From Eukaryota sp. GEM-RC1 (Eukaryota), in the NCBI GenBank assembly GCA_040285855.1, contig JAUFOQ010000004.1:1178001-1242000 (forward strand): a stretch of 64,000 nt of DNA, in the 5' to 3' direction. Position 1 is the first letter of the stretch; the number at the start of each line of letters is the position of its first letter. The notes under the pieces are model-generated. The model was not told the DNA's origin and ran no database searches. It saw only the letters and a list, made by a program, of their open reading frames with translations. Below, in pieces: positions 1 to 12,364 of the stretch. The position numbers and the translations under genes are program-made.

Positions 1-1198
1 CAATAGTATAGGTTAGGAGATGAAAATTTAGATAGAACTTGGCTTCTGGAGCGGGATTTGGATCAACGTCAGTTTCTGTAGCAGTTTATCGTACAATTAT
101 TATCAAAACATCATTCAATAAATCATTGTTGAGAATGGTGGAATCAAAAGAAAAGAGATGATTATCGTAATCTTTAAGTATTCTATAATTTACTATTAAT
201 CCAAAACAAATCAACGAATTAATTTACTCGTACAGATGTCAATTGCTGGTATATAAAGCCACGTTTGTGAAGAAATTAAATACAGATAACCAATTCTATT
301 TCCAAGGTCGAGGAGGGTCAATTCGTTAGTAATAACACCCTTTCCTTTTACTTTGGTTAGTTAGTTAGCTTTCTTTTATAACACGCTTCCTTCAATAGAT
401 GAGACATACAGTCGTCGAGTCTTTGAACGCTTTTAATTAAAATGTATTAATGTTAAACGACATCTCATCTACCGGTCAATCGTTGAAAATGTTCCCATGA
501 AACTGATGTCGTCATCAAAAAAACGGAAATAAGCTCTTCTACTACCCGATTGTAGCTACAATCAATAGCTACAGATCTCAGTCTAATTCTCTGGATAATC
601 CTCGGACAGGATTCTACTATTGGACCTTACTGAACAGTATGCACTACAACAAGCAAGGAGAATGATATCTGAAGTAGCTAAGAAGACGTTTGCATAGTTA
701 GTTGATTTGGGAAGGCATGTAACTAATTCACTGATTTTAAACAGTTGATTGATCGTCAGTTTTTTTACCAAATCGGAACAGAAATTTGTGTTTTATACAA
801 AATGGTGTAAATTCGATAATATTGTTGCTCTCTTCTCAACACATACCTCAAGATTATTGTTTTAAAACTTCTTTATTTTTTGACGAACAACAGTAAACAA
901 GGATCTACAGTGAAGCCAATTTCAGCAATTTTTTAGAAAGAGGTTATTAACTACAGTAGTTCTGGAACAGTACCCTTAAAGGTAGGAAGAACTTAAAACG
1001 AAAAAGGACCAAAAGTTATCAAATAATTAAACTTTTGAATTTGAGTGGGTGGACTTGATAGTACAGAACCTAATTACAGCTAAATTTAATTTGTTTTGAA
1101 AATTTCAAACAACAGCAGAACAACAAGAAATACTCATGTCAATCCTTAAAAAAGGATCTTCAGTTTCAAAAAAAAAAACTTATCCAACTTTTAAGCTC

Positions 1199-1576
1199 CT
1201 ACAACTCATTGCTACCCAGTATAGACTCTAACTGACGAATAGTAGAGTCAAGATCGAATAAAGAATGATTATTCTCATGATCAGATCGTGATTGTAGTTT
1301 TTGTTTGGTGGTAGACTCGTCATCTACTGTGAGGAAAAGTTGGCGAAGATCACGACACAATCCAAGTAACTCGTTGCAATGGACAGAGATGGAGTTGACG
1401 GAAGAGGTTATACGAAGATTCTTTGAATGTTGAAGCTCCATTTCTCCTGAAGAAAAACTAGAACCTGTTTCAGATGAAGTGAAGGAAGATGCTTCAAGAA
1501 GAGACTCTGACTGCTGTAGTAACAGCTGACAGTTGTAGTGCAGATGTTGTAGAAGATGTAGCTTTTGCTTGTCCAT
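1199..1576 (-). CDS. Small helical protein, possibly Mediator subunit Med22-like
   Basis: Open 125-aa ORF from MDKQKL. SISVHCNELLGLCRDLRQLFLTVD resembles the second helix of Med22/SURF5 by recalled similarity only. Head-to-head with the next gene. Confidence 0.4.
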   Translation of the reverse strand: MDKQKLHLLQHLHYNCQLLLQQSESLLEASSFTSSETGSSFSSGEMELQHSKNLRITSSVNSISVHCNELLGLCRDLRQLFLTVDDESTTKQKLQSRSDHENNHSLFDLDSTIRQLESILGSNEL

Positions 1577-1687
1577 GGAAGAGCAGAAATGTGGCTGAAC
1601 AACCAAATCATCATCATTTCCTTACCTCGCCTAGACTTAAGGTGGATCCACGCCTCATTCCCCTCATCTTGAGACTCTTATTTCTTA

Positions 1688-4600
1688 ATGTCTCTTCCCA
1701 ACAAACCAACATCATCCGACAAATCTGTTATCGAGGCTCGAAGGCGATGTCAAGCCAGAATTCGACACGTTAAACAACGTGAGCAAGTACAAAAGAAAGT
1801 CCAAGAAAAACAAGGCCTAGAGCAATACCACGAAAAGAAAAGACGTCGCCGTCTAGAAGAACTCAAAGCACTCGTTCTCCTCCGTGAAAGTGAAGACAGA
1901 ACATTGGTCAAAAAGAGAGGAGAACAGATCTCCAAAGAAAGACGGATCGTTGCACAAAAGAGGAGGACTACAGAACCTGGCGAAGATTCATGACTGAAGG
2001 ACTAATGAGACTGCGGGAGAACTGCGAGTCCTTGGCTGTGAAGCTATCTGAGAGCATTGGGAGAGAGAAGAAGTTGGGCATTGAGAAGCTGCTGAGTCAG
2101 GAACGGTTCTTTAAACCAATGGAAGTGGCTTTTATGGGCTTTTATGATGTCGATGCTGTCTCTGTGCAGAAATCAATGGATCACTCGCGAGCTCTTCTTG
2201 CTGACGTCAACCAATCAATCAATTTGATTTTAATGGAAAAGAATGAGTTGGAGTCGTTGTTGAGAGAAATCTTTGAGGATCAGGCTGCTACTTCTGACTT
2301 TATCAGCTCAGTTGTCGAACAGCAAAAAGTTAAAATTTCTGAAATAATTGAAAATAGAGACCTCCGTGAACATGTTTTAGAAGAGATTTCTTTGGAAGTT
2401 GATACTCTTGAGGAAATGATTGGCGAAGTTACTAATGAGCTGTATCATTTGCATTATAGGAAGATTAATAAGTTTCCCAATCAAGATGAGCTCCAATCAG
2501 AACTTAATCACCTCACGTCATCTCTAAGTGATCGGAAGTATGATCTGGATCAGGCTAAATCAAAATTGATCACTCTCAATGATCAGCTAAATGTTGTATC
2601 TCAGGATAAGTCCAAATTGGCAGCTCAAAAAACATCAATAGAAGAACAAATATTTGAAAAATTGAAACTCACTCGTGAACATGAGTCTAAACTGGCTGAA
2701 TTAGAGGAATCCTTTGGAATTGAAGTTAGAATGGCAGTGAAAGAGGTAGAGAATCAACGACAGAATAGTCTAAATGATGAGAAGTTATCACTCAAAGAGA
2801 AGCTCTTTCTACTTTGAAAGAGAAGATGATTGGGTTTAAACGTGATTATAGAAGTTTGATGGTTAAGCTTGAAGCAAAACAACATGAAATTGACACGTAT
2901 GAAGATGATTTTTCATCGCAAGAAGCAAAACTAACTACTGATTTGAAGAAAATTTCTGCTTTTGTTGACCAGAAACAAGGTCAATTAGACTTGGATGACT
3001 CTGAAGGTCAAAAGTCTGCTGTAAACGATATCATTGAAGAGCTATCAAATTTGATTTTTGAACTCCAAGACGATTTGAACAATGAAATTGAGTTTGCTGC
3101 TAAATATGAAGCTCAAAAGAATCACTTACTCTCGACATTTCCTCAATCAAGGAGTCGATTTCAAATCTACTTGCCAATCGAGACTACCTCGATAAGGTCA
3201 TGAACATCACTCAACAATTGACTTCTGAAGACTTCTACTCATCACCATCACGTGATGATCTCCATTCCCTCGACTCTACAGTGAGTTGATTGCCTTTGTG
3301 TATGATTCAGAAGATATACCTGAACTTCTGGACAGGGTAATGGTACTTAGAAAGAGAGAATCTCTATTAAAGGAAGCTGCAACTCTATCTGTGAAACATC
3401 GGAATAATGCCGAGGGAATTAGGAAGAAACTCTTTTTAGTTGAAAGAAAACGTGAGGTTTTACAAGAGCAGTTCAATGAACATGACGAGATTTCTGCTGA
3501 GAAATTGAAAATTTTGAATAATTTGATTGATGTCACTGTTATGATGGAGGAAAAGGAACGTCAACTTCAAGAACTCCAAAAACAACACAAATTGAACAAA
3601 TCTTTACTTTTGCAAGAACACGCTGATTTTGAATATCGTCTCAAATCTCTTGAATCTGAAATTTCTTTCTTACAAGGTGAAATTGACGAAGAAGAGATGA
3701 TACTTAGTTCTGAACAAGAACAATCAGCAATGGAATCTAGTGGCAGAAGCTCAGAATTAGCCCTTCTTTCTGAAGAATTCTCGAGAAGTGTTGAGCATTC
3801 ATTGGAAACTTTTGTATCAGAAAACAGTGAAATGTTTGGGAAACTACGAAAACAATATGGTGATGGAGTTGCCGTCCACATGATTCAGGAGTATTGTCTC
3901 AGTCAGAAACAACGTCATTTGATTGAAGTCGAACAACGAATGGAAAAATTCAAGAAAATTCAAATCGCACGCGATGATATCAATCAACTTGTAAAGAAGA
4001 AGGAAGAATGGCTCATGAATGTTCGATCAGATCTTTCCAATTGTTCAGTTAAAATTCAAGAATTATCTTCTGGAGTCGAAAATCAAAGAACTTTGATTGA
4101 CAATTTGGAACGTGATATTGAGGAAATCAATCAGAATATCGAAAATTTCAAATACATTTTTGCGTCAGAAAAGCAGGGTTTCGGTGAAGAATGTCAAATG
4201 TATCAAAACGATTTGCTTTCCTTCAAAGTTGACCTTGATGAACGATTCTCACTCAAAAAAAGAGCTCAGATTGCAGCTCAAAACGAACACTTTGCCACAT
4301 CTGCTGAAGAAGACGTCATTCTGGAAAAACTGAAACAAGAAGTTGTTAAGTTGCTAGATGTGCAATCTAATTTGATTGACACCAATGTACAGAAGGAAGC
4401 TGAAATTCACGACCGTATATCCTCACTGAATCTTGAAATTGAACCTGTTTTTGATAAAAAGAGGAATTAATCAAACAATGGAAAGTTAGTAATTGTGTTC
4501 TTTCAGATCTTACAACCAGACCTTATCCCCAGGAACTTGTAAACGTCATCAATGAACACGTGGCTGCTGATAAGAAGTGTGTTTCTTTGTATTGTTCTTG

Positions 4601-5120
4601 GGTAACTTCTGTTTGGCTTTTGAATAGTACAAATGACTTCATTAATGAACAAATTCCCAATGTTCAACGAAATTTAGAAAATTCTTGGACTGATTTAGAT
4701 TTTAAAATTTCTCAGCTCAAAATAGAAGCTCAGACGAAACGCCGACAATTATCTGAACAAGCCGAGAAACTTCGATTAGAGATTCTGTCTGAAGCTGAGA
4801 ATTTCGCTACAAACCCTCTTTTAGGCGCTAGTTTTCTTGATTCTCCGACAAGGAAAAAGAAGGAGACGGTTTCTTATTCTGATCTCTTGAGAGGTCTACC
4901 CACGTGTACTACTGAGCTTGTTCTACCACCAATGGCTCCTATTCGAAGGGAAAATTTAAATTTTAGTAGATTTTCAGTTTCGGCTGGTCCTGTTTCTGTT
5001 CCTGATCGAGTGTTAGTAAGGGCAGAACTTCTGTTAAGACAGGATCGTCATTCAGAAATATCTCTACCTGACTGGGCATTTTCACTTCCTGCGTTCTTAG
5101 ATAACTCTAGTTTTCTTTGA
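1688..5120 (+). CDS. Large coiled-coil protein (~1,140 aa) broken by several single-base frameshifts
   Basis: ORFs 1688-1993, 1990-2817, 2814-3203, 3286-4470 and 4560-5120 are abutting, E/K/L/Q heptad-rich, and join by +/-1 shifts, mostly in short A or T runs (~1957, ~2806, ~3135-3280, ~4460). Confidence 0.7.
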
Positions 5121-5991
5121 GAAGAACAGAAGTTGTTACTGTTTATTAGCTTTGTATTGTAAAGATTTGATTTTCATTGATAAAAGTCTTGTATTTTTGT
5201 TCATTACATTTATCAATTATTTAAGACCTTCAATTTTGTACCACGTCGAGGAACTCCTACAATTGAAGATTGGTGAAACACTGACAAAGGTATTAGTTTC
5301 AAGCATACTTGGGCATGACACGCTTTTGAGAATTGTCATGCCCTAATTTCTAGTATTATACTGGATCTTAAAAGAATTGAAAACTGATCTAGAAGGGTGA
5401 GGCAACACAAATCTTCAGTTTTTGGTTCATGATTTAGACAAGACCTGACAGTTCTTCTTCAATCCAAACAAGGATGATGTTTACAATCACGCGGCAGATC
5501 GAGTTAGTGAAATATGTGTAGTAAAAATGATTCCTATCTAAGACTGTATTCAACAAAGTAGTACAATATTACACAAAGATGTTACCGAAGTTCGACAATG
5601 GAATCAAAACAATTTATACTCAGTTTAATTACCTCCACTGAAGAAAAATTCCTAGTTTTAAAAAGTCAAGATTATATTGACTTCATCTAATTGATCTAAA
5701 TCAGAAAGCAAAAAACAACAACGAAGAAAAAAAAGATCAACTCTCGGCCCCAATCAGTTCAAAAACATCCAAAATCGTTGATTAAATCAGCAATCCAAAT
5801 TAACACTTAATCCTAATATTCTGAATACAAAAGTCCTCAGTCTGTGTAAAACTCAATTCTCTAGAAACATGGGAGTACTAAAGTCGAGGGAAGTCAACCT
5901 TGAATAAAGAGCAAAACAAGTGAGAGTTCTGAACGAAAAACACGTGTTGTTAAGGAGAAGTTTCCCCAATAAAATCTGATACCATCACTCC

Positions 5992-7284
5992 TCAATCAAC
6001 TTCCTCCTTAAACAACGATTGAAGATCAACTTTCCTATCAATTTTCTCCAATCTCTTCTCAGTCGCAACTCTCTTCTTCTTCTTTTCCTCTTCATCTACA
6101 TTAAACCGTACCTTTCCCCCAACACCAACCATTCCACTATCCTCCCCTACCTCCACCTCTCCTCCATTAACAAAGGAGAGTCTGTTACGAGCTTGACGGA
6201 GTTCGGTAGGAGCCATTCTCTTCTTAAAAGCTCTTGTTGCTCTACCTGCTCTTCTAGTTCTAGTAGGTTTAGAAGGGATAGGTAGAGCTGTCGGATTAGG
6301 AAGGTCTATGGGGGTCAGCCAGTCGTTGATTTTCTTGGTGACGTCATCTTGCATTTCTTGTCCAAACTCTCCATTCGGGTACTTTTCTCTCCCAAAGAGA
6401 TCCATTCTAATTACTAGAGCTGACCGACTGGAAACGACACGTAGCGTTTTGAGTTTGAATTCGGAAGGTGAGCTCTTTACTAACGGGCAATCAGCAATCA
6501 CACCAGCATGTGGAAGTGATTGAGTCGTTGATTGTCCAAGAGCAGCAAGTGGTTTCTTCCCAACTAATCTCAAATCATTACCAGTGATTTTGGCAAGAGG
6601 AACCAAACCTCCAGCGTGAGACAGCAAGGAAGCAGCTACAGAAGGGGAGAGGAAGGAGGAGAGATTGGGGAGAAGTATAGGAGCCTGGGATTGGATAAAG
6701 GAGACGATATCAGACCAAGTTGAGTTGAGAGAGAGTGTAAGTTCAGCATTGGACTTGACTTGAGACCATGAGGAAGGGACAAGGGATCCAGTGATGGTAG
6801 CAGAGGATGTACGGAAAGCAAGGACTGAAGAACGAGAGACGTTGTTGAGAAAGACTGGAGAGTCACGGTTCTCTGTATCGAAGTGCTCAGGTTGTAGAGG
6901 TGATGCGGGACAAGGACCCAAGGATAAGACAACTACAGAAAGATGTAGTGGTGAGGGGAAAATGGAGGAAAGTTCAGGCAAAAGGGTTGAGTAAAGGTCG
7001 ACAATGCTGCGTTTGAGTCTCAATGTATGGTTTTCAATGATTGAAGCGAAATTGGCAGCTTTGGATACGAGTTCTGTACAGGGGTTGATGTCAACTGGTC
7101 CAGAGAAGGATTGTGCAGATGTACTAGAGATTGAGACCATGAAGTCACGAAAAGTTTGGGATTGAATGAGTTCTTCAGCATCTACAAAAGCAGAAGACGT
7201 TATATGAGATTCAGATTCTTCCTCTGAATTAGAAGACACAGAATCATCTTCAAAAGCAGATTCCAAATCTGACAGAAGTGACAT
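5992..7284 (-). CDS. PRP31: U4/U6 snRNP protein Prp31
   Basis: NOSIC/Nop domain (LPNLSSFL..VAASLLSHAGGL..LAKI....L.LVGKK) plus Prp31 C-terminal motifs ALPIP..RRAGR and TELRQARNRLSF. Confidence 0.92.
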   Translation of the reverse strand: MSLLSDLESAFEDDSVSSNSEEESESHITSSAFVDAEELIQSQTFRDFMVSISSTSAQSFSGPVDINPCTELVSKAANFASIIENHTLRLKRSIVDLYSTLLPELSSIFPSPLHLSVVVLSLGPCPASPLQPEHFDTENRDSPVFLNNVSRSSVLAFRTSSATITGSLVPSSWSQVKSNAELTLSLNSTWSDIVSFIQSQAPILLPNLSSFLSPSVAASLLSHAGGLVPLAKITGNDLRLVGKKPLAALGQSTTQSLPHAGVIADCPLVKSSPSEFKLKTLRVVSSRSALVIRMDLFGREKYPNGEFGQEMQDDVTKKINDWLTPIDLPNPTALPIPSKPTRTRRAGRATRAFKKRMAPTELRQARNRLSFVNGGEVEVGEDSGMVGVGGKVRFNVDEEEKKKKRVATEKRLEKIDRKVDLQSLFKEEVD

Positions 7285-7396
7285 CAGCTAGTGTATAGAA
7301 GGTCAGACTAGTTTACACTATGGTACAGTGTAGTGGATGATGTTTAACAATGAAGTCATTTCTTGCTCAACTTTCTTCTCTAACTTTCTATCTGAT

Positions 7397-9269
7397 ATGA
7401 CTTCTCGTATCATTGTCAGAGGCTTTCCTGACACTTCTAATGAAGCCTCTCTTCGTAAACACTTTCAACATATTGGCAGTATCACTGATGTCAAAGTTAT
7501 AACTTCTAATGGTAAATCACGTCGTTTTGGATTTATCGGGTTTTCTTCTGAGTCAGACGCTTCTTCTGCTGTCGATCAAATGAATGGAACTTTTATGGGA
7601 ATGGCCAAAGTCAATGTCGATTTCGCCAGACCCAGAGGTGATTCTGAACTACCTCGCCCTTGGTCAAAATACACAAAGGAAAAAGAATCTAGAATGCGGA
7701 CTGCTTCATCAGACGAACCTCTAAAAAAGAAGAAGAAGAAATCTCAAGACACCGACTCTCTACGTCGTGAAATATGGAACAAACAGCAATCCTCAGATAA
7801 CGTTGTAGAACAAATAGCAGATTCCGGCAAACTCTTTGTCAGAAACCTCCCCTACTCTCTTACTGACGATCAGTTCCGTCAACTCTTTGAAAAATACGGT
7901 GAGATCTCTTCCATTGATCTTCCTTTTGACTCTGCTCTCTCCTCAATCCGAGGTTATGGTAGGGTTGACTTCCTCTTTCCCAAAGACGCTGTAACTGCCT
8001 ACTCTGAGCTGGACAACACTTACTTCCAAGGTCGGATCCTCCACATTCTGCCGGGAATTGAATCTGATCCACGTCATCAAGAGAATGAGAAAACGTCAGC
8101 ACTTCTAGGATACAAGAAAGCAGCTGAACTATCCAAACAACAATCCTCAACTTCCTCCCACAACTGGAACTCTCTCTTTGTCCGTAGTGATACTGCAGTT
8201 ACTGCGGCCGTAGAAGATCTTGGAACTACTAAGGAAGACTTCTACTCAGAGAATGGAGCTGTTAGAGCAGCGTTGGCGGAGTCTTCTATAGTCACGCAGG
8301 CAAAGGAAGTCTTGAGAAGTCATGGGGTGAATTTAGATGTGTTGGCTAATAGGAATAATGTTGAAAGATCATCCACAATTATTTTAGTTAAGAACATTGC
8401 CATTGATTCTACCGAAGATGAAATTGAAGATCTATTTGGACAATATGGTCCAATCATTTCAATCATTTGCACTCCTCACAATGCTCTTTGTATCGTTGAG
8501 TTTGCTGAATCTAGTCATTGTAAACGAGCTTTTCGAAAATTGGCTTATAAGAACCACAAAGGGCAGCCTCTGTACTTGGAGCTTGCACCCATGGGTTTAA
8601 AGACTTCGGCTCCGTTAATTGGGGAGGAAGATTTAGCAGAGGCTGGAGCTACTGTGTATATCAAGAATATTGCACCTTCAGCAACAGAAGACCAACTGAA
8701 ACACGTGTTTTCAGAAGTTGAGCATCCCAAGAGTGTTTCTATTGTTAGAAGGAAGTCTTCTGGAGACTCTTTGTCATTTGGATTTGCTGAGTTTTCAAGT
8801 AAGTCTGTTGCTGTTAGAGTTATTACTAATCTTAATGGTAAAGTAGTTGAAGGTAATGCTTTAGATCTTTCATTGGCTAAAACTGCTGCAAAACCTGTAT
8901 CTAAAGGCAAAGGAATGAGTAGTACTTTGGTTGCTTCGAAGTCTAAGAAAGGACAATCAAATACTAAGATTATGGTCAAAAATGTTCCATTTGGAAGCCT
9001 CGAAAAAAGAACTGGAGAAGCTGTTTGGATCTGTTGGTGAAATTAAATCCTTTAAATTGCCACTCAGTGGTAATCATTCTTCTAGAGGGTTTTGCTTTGT
9101 TGAATTTGTGTCTCCAGATGATGCATTTAGAGCTTTTGAACAGCTTGCATCTACCCATCTCTATGGTCGTCATTTGGTCTTGGAATGGGCAAATGCTGAC
9201 GATGGATTGACTATTGAGTCTGCTGAGGAAAAGAATAGGGGGAAAGTTTCCAAGAAAAAGTCGAGGTAG
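7397..9269 (+). CDS. MRD1: Multi-RRM pre-rRNA processing protein Mrd1/RBM19; one frameshift near 8993
   Basis: N-terminal SRIIVRG..SRRFGFIGF..PRPWSKY, FQGRILHILP, WNSLF, and C-terminal RGFCFVEF..THLYGRHLVLEWA. An extra G in TTTGGAAGCC breaks NVPFEA. Confidence 0.92.
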
Positions 9270-9465
9270 AATTGGATTTTCAGGTTTTTAGATTATTTGT
9301 TTAGTTTTTCATTTCTTTTTTAATGTGTATCGTCTACTATTGTTTGATATTTTGTGGCCGGTATTTAGTTTATTCTTGCTTTATATGCACTATTTATTTG
9401 ATTTGTTTGTTTTTAATAACATAAAATATAATTTTTTCAATAATCTGTTTGTAAATGACAGCACA

Positions 9466-9523
9466 ACCATATGATTGTGCTCTACTGAGGTGATGACGTT
9501 TGCAATGACGCTATCTGATTGGT
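9466..9523 (+). ncRNA. Compact box C/D snoRNA candidate
   Basis: Terminal stem ACCA/TGGT; C-like ATGATTG (9471); D' CTGA (9485); C' GTGATGA (9490); D CTGA (9515). The D guide GCAATGACGCTAT is complementary to AUAGCG(U)CAUUGC, close to the LSU rRNA helix-89 sequence AUAGCGACAUUGC. Confidence 0.65.
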
Positions 9524-10240
9524 ACATTTTTCTTACATCAAAGTTTAATGCAAATGCAGTTATTTCACTGATTGATCATAAACCCCGTTTTTTTAGCATA
9601 GTTACAATTTTAAAAATGGAAACAGAATATTCTCAGTGTATTTGAATATCTACCTGGGCCACTCGTCTGACTAGGTGAGACTTACATTGAAACTGAATTA
9701 GAAGTAAAACTCTCCAATGTTAACTCTCTATATACACTTGTAACAAACAACATTTGAGTGTTTGCAGGTCACAAGTTGAAATGCTCATGAAGCAACACAA
9801 ATATCATCTTGAACATTATCTTTTACAGACGAAAAACGCAAAATTGATTTGTACTCCAAATCTGTTGCTAAACTCAACCAAAAATCGTATTTTTTCCATT
9901 TAATGAATAGTGAATTGACCAGGAAGTTACTGTTTCTTTAGTGTCATAAATTATATTTGTTTGCCCTTTTCATCTATAAACTGTATATCACATCAAATCA
10001 TCTAAGAAAAGTGGCCAAAACAAAAGAAAACATTATAACTGAAGTCAACTACTGGATTCAGACACTCTTCTGTCCTCATAACGAACCACATCATCTTCAT
10101 CATCACCCACTTGGTCTTAATCAATAGTCCCTGTTATCAGGATTTCCTTCAAAAGCAATGTTATAGTAGGATGACCAATTTATGATCATGAAAATGGAGA
10201 GATGATGAGGGGAGGGGGAAAAGTTACATCTGCCGATTTT

Positions 10241-10319
10241 CACGTATCGGAACGTATTAGACGTGGACGCGTATCAATACGTATTTTGACGTGTCAAGGT
10301 GACGTATTGTGCAACCCTA
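10241..10319. mobile_element. Solo end of a hAT-like non-autonomous element
   Basis: Cluster of ACGT(A) subterminal repeats ending in ...TGTGCAACCCTA (TAGGG-type hAT terminus). No partner end found. Confidence 0.45.
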
Positions 10320-10355
10320 GTATATTACATTTTTCTTATTGAAACTAGACTTCTA

Positions 10356-11575
10356 CAGTAGTTGGAATCCATTTCACTTCCATTTCCACATTATTGTTCA
10401 ATTTCCATTTCCATTTCCACATTTCTTGAAATCAGTTCCACTTCCATTTCCATTTCCATTTCCATATTACTGTTTCACTTCTATTTTCATTTCCACATTT
10501 CCTTTTCCCGTACTCTCCATGATTAAGCCCCTGCAGCTTTTTCGTTGCATAACCTTTGGTGGAAACACTATCTTTGACAAAAGAAATCTTTCACAAGAAC
10601 TACACACTAATTAAGATATTTAGTGTTCGAATGGCTATTTGGCCTGCAAATTTATTACACTATTCAACTTGCTCTTGTGGAGCTAATAGTGTTTTTCGTC
10701 ATCTAATTAATTGTCGTTATTTTATTCATCTACGTGCAGTAATTCATGATGGTGTACGTGATTCTTGTTATTCCATGTTTAAAGCACATGGTTTTCACTC
10801 TAAAGTTGAACCAGTTTTGAATCATCTTTCAGAAAATGAATTTATTGATCAAAAAGAGGGGATCTCCATACTTCGTGGCTTAAATCGGGTCAATCATTAA
10901 TGGATTTTACTACAGTAGATGTTTGTAACAAATCTTGTGTTGATAGGATATTAGATTCTTCTTTTAATTCCGTTAACAGCTGCTGAAAAGCTCAAACAGT
11001 CCAAGTATGACTCTCAAGTAGAAGAATTAAATAGAAACTCATATTCCAAATTTGTGTTTCAACCTTTTGATGTTTCTCCTTTTGGATCTATTAGTCCTGC
11101 TGGTGATCAATTTTTCAAGGATTTCGAAGAACTGTGGAAAGAAAAGAAGCGTAAGTTTAGAATGGCTTAATGGAAAAACCGTATAGTGTTTTCCATATAT
11201 CGGAATATGCCTTTCTATTTCTCTCGATTAATTGAGAAATTGTACAAGTCTGGTGTGGAGGTTAATGTTGAAAAACGTAATCTTTTACCGGGTGATGATG
11301 AAGTCCTTTGGATTTAATCTTAGTATTATTTGTTTGTTTTTACAATTTCATAGTTTTGTAGGAAGGTTACCTTATTGGGTGCCGAATACAGTTTTTTCAT
11401 TTTTTATGTACTACAATGACACTTACACTACCACTGCAATTACCATTATCTTGCATACTTTCCATTTCCATTTTATAGTGACATTTCCATTTCCATATTT
11501 TCAAAAGTTCCGTCCATTTCCACTTTCAGATGGAAACGGGAAATGTAGAAATCCATTTCATTTTGTCAACTACTA
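10356..11575. mobile_element. TIR element with CCATTT subterminal arrays, enclosing a retroelement fragment
   Basis: Ends CAGTAGTTG / CAACTACTA; the inverted repeat extends imperfectly to 10346 and 11586. Dense (TTTCCA)n arrays at 10369-10505 and 11460-11560. No clear TSD. Confidence 0.55.
10600..11406 (+). mobile_element. 5'-truncated, degraded non-LTR retrotransposon 3' end (RLE-type zinc knuckle plus restriction-like endonuclease)
   Basis: Peptides CSCGA..HLINC..HDGVRD..VEP, MDFTTVD, AAEKLKQSKY..FQPFDVSPFGSI across frameshifts and stops, followed by a 3' UTR that recurs at 51976. Confidence 0.7.
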
Positions 11576-11591
11576 GTAGAAATCTAACTAA

Positions 11592-11888
11592 ATGAGACCA
11601 GTTCTTCTTCTACTTCTATCGCTTACTCTCGTTCTAGCAGCAACCAGACGTGAAACCCAACAACTCCGAAGTGCCGCTCTTAAAAAATTGAAGGAAGATA
11701 TTGAAGTCTCTAATGCCCTCCCTATGAGCGTAATCTCTCAGTTCTGTCGCAGTGGATCTCGGCGCTTCCGAAAGTTCTGCGAAGGGTGTATCCTCGCACA
11801 TGCAGATCGTATCATCAACTATCTGAATCAGGACGTTTCTCTGGAAGTCATTAATAGCCGTCTCCCTGAGTGCAAAATAGTTCCTTAG
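11592..11888 (+). CDS. Secreted saposin-like (SapB/amoebapore-like) protein
   Basis: Signal peptide, then FC.........FC...I..HADRIINYL.Q....EVI...L.EC, typical of saposin helices 3-5. The first cysteines are missing. Confidence 0.6.
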   Translation: MRPVLLLLLSLTLVLAATRRETQQLRSAALKKLKEDIEVSNALPMSVISQFCRSGSRRFRKFCEGCILAHADRIINYLNQDVSLEVINSRLPECKIVP

Positions 11889-12364
11889 TTGCTTCTCTCT
11901 CTATCTTTTGTTGATCTACTTGTTTGTCGTTGTCTTTTTGCTTTCAACTTTCTTTGTATATTTTGATGAATATCATTTTCTTTCTACTGTTTTATATTCG
12001 TGGTCTGACAATAAAATGTTATGGTTTGATCACTAAACATAGTTCAATGACGGTTTTTCTGCAAAACATGATGCCATTTAGTCTAATTCACTAAGATCGT
12101 CCTCAAACACCCTTTATCATTCACTTAAAATTATAAGTGAACGATGTAGAGATTCCACAGTTAGATTTAGACAGGAGCCGGTGTAATTACATTTACATGT
12201 TCTGTATCTCCTTTGCTTTCGGAAACAAAATTGAAACACTTTATGTAGAAAATATGTTGATAATAATTGTACAGTACACAAATTGACTGCAGCAATGCTG
12301 TTTGCCGAAAGGTGACTTTACATATAGCGTAGACACCTGTAGTCCCACTATTAACAGTTTTGAC

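Noticed and set aside
1..1190. Short ORFs at the left edge
   Set aside because: No motif or coherent reading frame.
8985..9045. Programmed ribosomal frameshifting (Euplotes-like) in MRD1 and other genes
   Set aside because: No shared slippery or stop motif. Both +1 and -1 corrections are needed, and homopolymer bias fits sequencing error.
10057..10110. Minus-strand TGATGA...CTGA as a C/D snoRNA
   Set aside because: No convincing stem or guide; it reads like decayed acidic coding sequence.
10369..10505. (TTTCCA)n as telomeric repeat, CRISPR array, or the FPFPFP ORFs
   Set aside because: Irregular, internal, and paired with a second array at a TIR. Best explained as transposon subterminal repeats, and the ORFs are by-products.
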